The notes under the pieces were generated by a model. It had not been told where the DNA came from and did not search any database. It saw only the letters and a list, made by a program, of their open reading frames with translations. Positions 57,743 to 64,000 of a DNA stretch of 64,000 bases are shown here, one piece after another (the first letter of the stretch is position 1; each line of letters begins with the position of its first letter). The position numbers were made by a program, and so were the translations under genes. The stretch is from a virus (taxonomy: Duplodnaviria; Caudoviricetes), in the IMG/VR virus record IMGVR_UViG_2912723979_000001, positions 1-64,000 of that record, one strand, 5' to 3'.

Positions 57743-58360
57743 ATGGCCACCAGGACCCGCAAGACCACCACCAAGCAGCCCCCGGCCCCCGCGAAGAAGA
57801 CCGCCCGGAAGCCCGCGGCCAAGAAGACGCTCCCAACCGTGGCACCGGTCAACCGGGCCACCGTCGTTGACCTCCGCCGGCCCCTCCCGGTCCGCCGCCG
57901 CGCCATCGTCGGCCCCATGGGCTCCGTCGAGCAGGCCGCCATACGCGCCGCCCTCGCCGCCGCAGCCGCCCGCCTCCCCGTCCCCGTCCGCGCCTGGCAC
58001 GGCCCCACCGCCCACCTCCACGACGGCACCGTCCTCACCCACACCCCCGCCCACGCCACCACCGACCAACAGCCCGCGTTCCACGCCGCGATCCGCTGCC
58101 CCCACGGCGCCATCCACGCCTACACCATCCACACCGCGCAGGAACTCACCCAGGCCCGCCAGCTCACCGCCGACTGCAACCAGCGCACCACCCCCGAGCC
58201 GACGGCACTGAACCCGGCCGTGCGAGCCCTCGGCGACGCCCTCACCCGCGCCAAGACCGCCAGCGCCGACACCCAGCCCCTGGACACCACGGAGATCGCG
58301 GCCGGCCTCACCGTTCGCGCCGACCACGAGAACCCGAAGGAACACCCTCACCGTGACTGA
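57743..58360 (+). CDS. Hypothetical protein with Lys/Arg-rich N-terminus
   Basis: GGAGG RBS; in operon. Confidence 0.65.
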   Translation: MATRTRKTTTKQPPAPAKKTARKPAAKKTLPTVAPVNRATVVDLRRPLPVRRRAIVGPMGSVEQAAIRAALAAAAARLPVPVRAWHGPTAHLHDGTVLTHTPAHATTDQQPAFHAAIRCPHGAIHAYTIHTAQELTQARQLTADCNQRTTPEPTALNPAVRALGDALTRAKTASADTQPLDTTEIAAGLTVRADHENPKEHPHRD

Positions 58361-58829
58361 CATCGACCCGATCGAAGAACTCTCCGACACCCTCTACGAC
58401 GCGCTCTACGCCATCACCCCCTATGCCGAGCCCTACTTCGCCGACGAGGGCGAGGGCCTCAAGAACGCGGTGCGGGCCGTCCTCGGCCAGGCCGCTGCCC
58501 AGCAATGGATCGACAAGCAGCTCGCCGAAACCGGGATCCGCGCCATGGACTTCCGGAACGGCATGCAGATGGAGCTGGAGCCCGCCCGGGAACTCCTCGC
58601 CGCCCAGGTCGCCGCCGCGCGCGCCATGCTCGGAGACGCACCGAACTACACCGAGACCAAGCTTGAGTTCGACGTCAAGGTCGCCGAGTCACCCGAGCTG
58701 TACACCATCGTCATCCAGCGACACGCTCCCGGCGCCCTCACCCCGCACGAAGCCCGGCAGAAGGCCGAAGCCAGGGTGGCTGAGTTGGAGGAGGAGCTGC
58801 GCCAGCTCCGAGGTGGGGCCCATGCCTGA
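58353..58829 (+). CDS. Hypothetical protein
   Basis: In operon. Confidence 0.65.
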   Translation: MTDIDPIEELSDTLYDALYAITPYAEPYFADEGEGLKNAVRAVLGQAAAQQWIDKQLAETGIRAMDFRNGMQMELEPARELLAAQVAAARAMLGDAPNYTETKLEFDVKVAESPELYTIVIQRHAPGALTPHEARQKAEARVAELEEELRQLRGGAHA

Positions 58830-59055
58830 CACCGAGCAGCCCTACGTCGACACGCTCGCCAACCAGCTCCACACCCGGCACCCCGACCTACTCGCCACCG
58901 CGGAAAACGACCTCGCCGTCCTCCGCACCCGCATCGCCCTCACCGTCGCGTTCATCCACGACCCCACCTACGACCACAACGCACGCACCGCCCTCGCCCA
59001 ACGCCTCGGCCTCCCCGGACCCGCCCACCCCAAGACGACCCCGGAGACGACATGA
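58822..59055 (+). CDS. Hypothetical protein
   Basis: In operon; ATGA-coupled to next gene. Confidence 0.6.
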   Translation: MPDTEQPYVDTLANQLHTRHPDLLATAENDLAVLRTRIALTVAFIHDPTYDHNARTALAQRLGLPGPAHPKTTPETT

Positions 59056-59654
59056 CCCTCACCTCCACCGCCCCCACCACCACCGGCCTCAGCACCCCCG
59101 TAGTCATCGGTATCGACCCGTCCCTCACCGGCACCGGCATCGCCTCCAGCAACGGCTGGTGCGACGTCATCGGCTACAAGAAGACCCGATCCAAGGATCC
59201 CGGCATCACCCAGCTCCCCCACGCGGAACGCCTCACCGCCATGCGCGCCCTCGTCGACCAGGTCACCACCACCATCGGCAGCCCGCACCTGGCCGTCATG
59301 GAACTCCCCGCCCCCTCCCGCAGCGGCGGCGGCGCACACGAACGCGGCTGGTTCTGGTGGCAGATCTACAACCACCTCACCGCCAACGAGATCCCCGTCG
59401 GGCTCCTCACCCCCAACGCCCGCGCTCTGTACGCCACCGGCAAAGGCACCGCCGCTAAGGGAGCCGTCATCGACTCCATCACCCGACGGTTCCCCGACTG
59501 GGCCACCGAAGGCAACGACAACGCCGCCGACGCCGTCGCCCTCATGGCTGCCGGCCGGGACTGGCTCGGCCACCCCATCACCGATCTGCCCAAGACCCAC
59601 CGGGCCGCCCTCGACAAGGCGGTCTGGCCGACCCTGACCGGAGCCCCCCGATGA
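59052..59654 (+). CDS. RuvC-like Holliday junction resolvase
   Basis: VIGIDPSLTGTG, AVME, YATGKG, DNAADA. Confidence 0.85.
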   Translation: MTLTSTAPTTTGLSTPVVIGIDPSLTGTGIASSNGWCDVIGYKKTRSKDPGITQLPHAERLTAMRALVDQVTTTIGSPHLAVMELPAPSRSGGGAHERGWFWWQIYNHLTANEIPVGLLTPNARALYATGKGTAAKGAVIDSITRRFPDWATEGNDNAADAVALMAAGRDWLGHPITDLPKTHRAALDKAVWPTLTGAPR

Positions 59655-59872
59655 CCTGGCTGGCAGCCGCCGGACTCCTCCTCTACCTCGCCGGCATCGG
59701 ACTCCTCGCCCACGCCTGGCAAGCCGGCATCCAACGCCACCCCGACATCCAGCGCTACGCCGACCTCAACCCCACCGGCGTCTCCCTCTGGCTCGCCATC
59801 GTCACCGTCGCATGGCCCGCCTTCCTCACCTACGCCCTCATCACGCACCTCACCCGACGGAGCCCCCGATGA
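59651..59872 (+). CDS. Small two-TM membrane protein
   Basis: Two hydrophobic helices, WP motif. Confidence 0.65.
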   Translation: MTWLAAAGLLLYLAGIGLLAHAWQAGIQRHPDIQRYADLNPTGVSLWLAIVTVAWPAFLTYALITHLTRRSPR

Positions 59873-60300
59873 CCGCCACCACCAGCCACGCCACAACAAC
59901 CGCCGCGCCCAGGTGGGAGTACGCGCTGTGCGCCCAGACCGATCCCGACCTGTTCTTCCCTGAGGGAGGCGCCAAGATCAGCAACGCGGTGCAGCAGGCC
60001 AAGCAGGTCTGCGGCCGGTGCCCGATCCGGCGGGCGTGCCTGTCGTGGGCGCTGGAGACCCGGCAGCCTGCCGGTATCTGGGGCGGCATGTCGGAGAAGG
60101 AACGCCGGGTGCTGCTCGGGGTCCGGCTGTCGCAGACCGAGGTGTGCATGGAGCACCAGGAGTGGATTGAGAAGCAGATCGCTGCGGGGGTGTCGCAGCA
60201 GAAGATCGCTGACCGGCTGGGTGTAGCAAAGGCGTCGCTGTACCGGGCGCTGATCCGGTTCGAGGAGGAGCGGGTCGAGAACGCGATGAGGGCGGCATGA
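59869..60300 (+). CDS. WhiB-family regulator with C-terminal HTH
   Basis: CAQTDPDLFFP, AKQVCGRCPIRRAC, GIWGGMSEKER; QQKIADRLGV HTH. Confidence 0.9.
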   Translation: MTATTSHATTTAAPRWEYALCAQTDPDLFFPEGGAKISNAVQQAKQVCGRCPIRRACLSWALETRQPAGIWGGMSEKERRVLLGVRLSQTEVCMEHQEWIEKQIAAGVSQQKIADRLGVAKASLYRALIRFEEERVENAMRAA

Positions 60301-61109
60301 GCACCCTGTCCCCTGAGCAGCGCGGCGAACTCGCCGAGCAGATGCTGCCCGTGGCAGCGAACCTGGCTGTACTTGTCCATGGCGACGGAGGGCCCGAAGA
60401 CGTTGCCGAGGTACTGGGCAGCTTGGACAGCACGCAGAAGGACGCCCTGCTCGTCGTTCTGGCTGGTCTGGTCGATCCGGACCAGCCGGTTGGGAAGGCG
60501 CTCGGCTGGCTGGACTTCGACGAGCACGGGAGTCTGACGGTGCCGTCGTGGTCCGAGCAGCGTTCGGTCCGCGACCTCGTCCCCGAGCCGAGTGAGGACC
60601 TGGATGGCGACTACGTGGACCAGGTCGCCGTCAGCAAGTTCGTTCACGGGTTCCGTGTCGACAGCATCACCGATGCGGAGTTCCTGACCGCGGTACAGCA
60701 GTGCGTGGCACAGGGGATGACCCTGGCTGATGTGAACCGGTTGCGGCGCTGGCCGGCGAAGACGGCGGAGAACTGGGTGCACCGGCTGCGGAAGCAGTAT
60801 CAGCGCAGCGGCCGCGTCTTCCCGTCGTTGGCACAGCAGAGTCAGCAGGTGCTCACGGAGGCGCAGGTGGTGGCGATCCGGGAGAGGTCCCACGCTGGGG
60901 CGACGGATCTCGAGGTGGCGATGAGCTTCGGGATCACGCAGAAGGCCGTCGGCGACATCTGCCGCGGGAAGAGGTATCCGCGTTTCGGCGGGCCGATCCG
61001 TCAGCCGAAGCAGGTGCACCGCTTGCCGGCGACGCGGGAGTTCATGTGCGGCCATGCGGACAACTCGCGGGCCGGACGACGTAACCAGACGAAGGAGAAC
61101 GCGGCATGA
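60297..61109 (+). CDS. Hypothetical protein with C-terminal HNH-associated-type HTH
   Basis: [12 protein letters not shown]...[21 protein letters not shown]. Confidence 0.65.
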   Translation: MSTLSPEQRGELAEQMLPVAANLAVLVHGDGGPEDVAEVLGSLDSTQKDALLVVLAGLVDPDQPVGKALGWLDFDEHGSLTVPSWSEQRSVRDLVPEPSEDLDGDYVDQVAVSKFVHGFRVDSITDAEFLTAVQQCVAQGMTLADVNRLRRWPAKTAENWVHRLRKQYQRSGRVFPSLAQQSQQVLTEAQVVAIRERSHAGATDLEVAMSFGITQKAVGDICRGKRYPRFGGPIRQPKQVHRLPATREFMCGHADNSRAGRRNQTKENAA

Positions 61110-61633
61110 GCGGCGAGACCGTGATCACTGTTGTCGGCAACCTGGTCGATGACCCCGAGCTGCGGTTCACGCCCGCTGGCGCGGCGGTCGCGAAGTTCCG
61201 GCTGGCGTCCACGCCGAGGACGTTCGACAAGCAGACGAACCAGTGGCAGGACGGCGAGAGCCTGTTCCTGACGTGCTCGGTGTGGCGGCAGGCCGCGGAG
61301 AACGTGGCCGAGTCCTTGCAGAAGGGGATGCGGGTCATCGTTCAGGGCCGGTTGAAGCAGCGGTCGTACGAGGACAAGCAGCAGGTGAAGCGGACGGTGT
61401 ACGAGCTGGATGTCGATGAGATCGGTCCGTCTCTGCGGTCGGCGACGGCGAAGGTGCAGAAGGCGTCGGGCAGCAGGTCGGGGTCGGGGCAGCGGGATGC
61501 GCGTCAGGCAGCGCAGCGGGCGGCGTCGGGGCCGGCGGATGATCCGTGGTCTTCCGGGGCGGCGGGTGGTCAGCAGGGTGCGTGGGGTGCTGGTGGCGGG
61601 CAGGGCGGCTACTCGGACGAGGCTCCTTTCTAG
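61106..61633 (+). CDS. ssb: Single-stranded DNA-binding protein
   Basis: [25 protein letters not shown], acidic tail DEAPF. Confidence 0.95.
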   Translation: MSGETVITVVGNLVDDPELRFTPAGAAVAKFRLASTPRTFDKQTNQWQDGESLFLTCSVWRQAAENVAESLQKGMRVIVQGRLKQRSYEDKQQVKRTVYELDVDEIGPSLRSATAKVQKASGSRSGSGQRDARQAAQRAASGPADDPWSSGAAGGQQGAWGAGGGQGGYSDEAPF

Positions 61634-61690
61634 GGCGTCTGTTCAGCGAGGGGTCTGGTCTTCGGGCTTGGCCCCTTACTCAGACCCGCA

Positions 61691-61724
61691 ATGCATTGCT
61701 AAGCAATGCATATAGCGGTACGGT
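61691..61724 (+). promoter_or_regulatory. HrdB-type promoter overlapped by palindromic operator, copy 2
   Basis: ATGCATTGCT-A-AGCAATGCAT; TTGCTA-N17-TACGGT. Confidence 0.75.
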
Positions 61725-61764
61725 GGAGCCCATCAAGTCCCACCGCTCTAGCCCAGGGACCCCC

Positions 61765-61881
61765 ATGCCCACATGCGACTGCGGCGTCACCCCCGAAGAA
61801 GCGGCCGCCGGCATCCACCAGCCCGGCTGCACCAGCCACGACGGCACCCCGGACACACCGTCCGACCACTACGGCCAGTAG
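61765..61881 (+). CDS. 38-aa Cys/His microprotein (MPTCDCG...HQPGC)
   Basis: First ORF after promoter; AGGGA RBS. Confidence 0.4.
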   Translation: MPTCDCGVTPEEAAAGIHQPGCTSHDGTPDTPSDHYGQ

Positions 61882-61909
61882 GAGCCGACACCCGCACCGA
61901 GGAGACCGC

Positions 61910-62473
61910 ATGAACACCCAGACCGATGCATGGCCGTTCGGCACCGACGCCGTCCAGGACGACCCGCTCACCGCGCTGCGCATCCCGGTGGTGGGCAGCT
62001 TCCGCCCGATGTGGCGGTACGTCGCCGCCTATCTGAACACGGCCGCGCCCGGAGTCCCGGACTACCTCACCGGCCCGCCGTTCGCCAGCGTGGAGCGGCC
62101 GACGGAGGCCGAGGCACAGATGCTTGCCTCGTTCATCCGGGAGTACATCACCCGTTGGTTCCACGAGGGGTACCAGCGCCGGCTCGCCCGGCGCCCCCTG
62201 GACGTCGACTCCGGATGCAACACGACCGTATTCGTCAAGTACGGCCCGGACGACTGGGGGTACGGCCGCGTCTCGTGGGAGTACGGCCCGACGTTCATCC
62301 CCGGCCCTCCCCGGGCACGCGGCACCGAGTACGCCCACCCGAAGCACCCCGGGCCGCTGTCCCTGGTTCAGGTCATGGACCTGGCGCACACGATCTGCGA
62401 CGAGCCGATGGAGCGCTGGACGCGATGGAAGGCCGACCACCCGGAGATCTTCGGAGCGGAGGCCGCCCAATGA
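61910..62473 (+). CDS. Hypothetical protein
   Basis: GAGGAG RBS, clean ORF. Confidence 0.7.
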   Translation: MNTQTDAWPFGTDAVQDDPLTALRIPVVGSFRPMWRYVAAYLNTAAPGVPDYLTGPPFASVERPTEAEAQMLASFIREYITRWFHEGYQRRLARRPLDVDSGCNTTVFVKYGPDDWGYGRVSWEYGPTFIPGPPRARGTEYAHPKHPGPLSLVQVMDLAHTICDEPMERWTRWKADHPEIFGAEAAQ

Positions 62474-62907
62474 CCGCCCGCAAGCGCGGCGCCCTCATGC
62501 CCAACAGTCTCCGCGCCCTAACCATCCGACAGCCGTGGGCAGGCGCGATCGCCCACCAGACCAAGCGGGTCGAGAACCGTTCCTGGAAGCTGCCCGCCAA
62601 GTACGAGGGCGCTCGCATCCTCATCCACGCCGGCGCCCAACTCGACCCTGCCGCACGGGTGTACGGCCCAAACCTCGGCGTGTACGGCGCGGTCGTTGCC
62701 GTCGCCACCCTGTCCGGCTCCCACTGGTCGGACGACGGCACCTGCTGTGGCCCCTGGGGCTTCGCCCAGAGCTACCACTGGACGCTTGCCGACGTTGTCG
62801 CCCTCGACGAGCCGGTGCCTGCGAAGGGCCGCCTCGGGATCTGGGCACCTGATGGCGAGCTGGTCGCGTCCGTGACCGAACAGATCAAGGAGGGCAACCA
62901 CGCATGA
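62470..62907 (+). CDS. ASCH-domain protein
   Basis: RALTIRQPWA.AI...KRVENRSW...ILIHAG, PVPAKGRLGIW. Confidence 0.85.
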   Translation: MTARKRGALMPNSLRALTIRQPWAGAIAHQTKRVENRSWKLPAKYEGARILIHAGAQLDPAARVYGPNLGVYGAVVAVATLSGSHWSDDGTCCGPWGFAQSYHWTLADVVALDEPVPAKGRLGIWAPDGELVASVTEQIKEGNHA

Positions 62908-63287
62908 GCCAGACACGCATCCAGCGCAAGCGCACCCCCGGTTGGCGGCTCGCCGACGCCACCACGAACCCCCTCGGCGCTGTCATCGTCAGCAGGCCCA
63001 GCCGCTTCGGCAACCCGTTCACCATCAAGGACGCCATCGAAGCCGAGTGGTCCGACCCACACAGCGCCTGCGCCGAGATGTACGGCGAGTGGCTCCGGGT
63101 CGGCACCGAAGGCGGCTGGTTCAACGAGACCTACCGCATCGGTAAGCAGGCCTTCGACCGCCGCCGCGTCCTTGCCGACCTTCATCTGCTTCGCGGGAAG
63201 GACCTCGCCTGCACGTGCCCTCTCGACAAGCCCTGCCACGCCGACGTTCTGCTCAAGCTCGCCAACCAGCCGGAGGGTGTCGCGTGA
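62904..63287 (+). CDS. DUF4326-family protein
   Basis: RIQRKR..GWR, RPSRFGNPF, LRGKDLAC.C...CHADVLL. Confidence 0.88.
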   Translation: MSQTRIQRKRTPGWRLADATTNPLGAVIVSRPSRFGNPFTIKDAIEAEWSDPHSACAEMYGEWLRVGTEGGWFNETYRIGKQAFDRRRVLADLHLLRGKDLACTCPLDKPCHADVLLKLANQPEGVA

Positions 63288-64000
63288 CTGTTTCTGCTCA
63301 GGTGGGCCCGTCGTCTGCGCACGGCGGGCCCGACCCGTATTCGGCCCGGTATCTCACTCCCCGCCAGCAGCAGGTCCTCCAGCTCGCAGCGAACGGCCTC
63401 AGGAACAGGGACATCGGCAAGCGGCTCGGAACGTCGGAAGACGCCGTTAAGTACCAGATGGCGGCGATCCTCAAGCGGCTGCACGTCGAGGACCGGGCAC
63501 AGGCAGCGGCTGTAGGCATACGGCTTGGACTGGTCAGGCTGGAGACCGTCACAGTCCCACCGAAGCGGACCCCGGTAGAGCGGCCGGCGAAGCCACGAGC
63601 GAAAAGCAAGCTTGATGAAGAGCTGGACGAGCGAGTCGCGGACCTGGGCGATCGTGTCCGTGCAGAGCGTCAGGCCCGTGGCTGGTCCCAGCCGGAACTC
63701 GGCAAGCGCGCCGGTCTCGCCCTGGTCACGGTGCAGAGGCTGGAGAGCGGGCAGTCCTCACTTCGCACGTTCCTGATGGCGTGTTCTGTGCTCGGCGTGG
63801 ACCTGGCGCATCTGCTGTCCAGCCAGTGGCAGATGCCCGTGCCGCGTCCGACCCTGACTCGGCGGCAGGCGCAGGTGCTGCGTGAGGTGGCGTCTGGGGA
63901 CTCCCTGTCTGTGGTGGGTGCACGGCTGGGTATGGCTCAGACGACGGTGGGCGCCTATCTGTCGCAGGCGTACCAGAAGCTCGGGGTTGCGGACGTGGCC
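63284..64000 (+). CDS. LuxR-HTH / XRE-HTH / LuxR-HTH regulator, 3' truncated (absent from ORF track)
   Basis: Hand translation from GTG 63284: LTPRQQQVLQLAANGLRNRDIGKRLG; RAERQARGWSQPELGKRAGL; LTRRQAQVLREVASG...YQKLGV. Confidence 0.8.
   Translation, partial: MTVSAQVGPSSAHGGPDPYSARYLTPRQQQVLQLAANGLRNRDIGKRLGTSEDAVKYQMAAILKRLHVEDRAQAAAVGIRLGLVRLETVTVPPKRTPVERPAKPRAKSKLDEELDERVADLGDRVRAERQARGWSQPELGKRAGLALVTVQRLESGQSSLRTFLMACSVLGVDLAHLLSSQWQMPVPRPTLTRRQAQVLREVASGDSLSVVGARLGMAQTTVGAYLSQAYQKLGVADVA

Larger units (their letters stand above)
1..64000. mobile_element. Temperate siphovirus phage-plasmid (plasmid prophage) of a Streptomyces-like host, also carrying a TraB-type transfer locus; extends beyond both window ends
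   Basis: Complete virion module (terminase to holin) co-occurs with Rep, DciA, ParA, a Cre-like recombinase and an FtsK-type transfer gene; no host housekeeping genes or att/tRNA seen. Confidence 0.85.

Noticed and set aside
57628-57870. Small TM ORF (VTWPDGLAITLG...)
   Set aside because: Overlaps the next gene by ~130 nt and its 3' half reads as off-frame; insufficient support

Overview
High-GC actinobacterial (Streptomyces-like) DNA. The whole window reads as one temperate siphovirus phage-plasmid, with no host chromosomal genes, tRNA or att site visible. In order: (1) a Streptomyces-type conjugation locus with an FtsK/SpoIIIE TraB-like gene carrying several frameshifts (1-5.1 kb); (2) a highly structured ~230 nt intergenic element that looks like a ncRNA (5.53-5.76 kb); (3) an intact packaging, head, tail and lysis region (6.5-32.9 kb) with a canonical -1 tail-chaperone frameshift; (4) an accessory region with small genes joined by a repeated 20-bp junction, hairpin-led micropeptide genes, a Cre-like tyrosine recombinase with a candidate target site, and a catalytically degenerate recombinase-fold gene (33-42 kb); (5) a divergent WYL / ribbon-helix-helix switch, Rad52-like annealase, C5 methyltransferase and WhiB (42-48.6 kb); (6) a plasmid replicon: Rep with internal DnaA boxes, its own DciA, twin parS-like palindromes and an RHH-ParA with a non-canonical partner (48.9-53.6 kb); (7) early genes behind two operator-overlapped promoters (RuvC-like, WhiB, SSB, ASCH, DUF4326, triple-HTH regulator running off the window). 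Family calls come from motif recognition by eye; no database searches were run.
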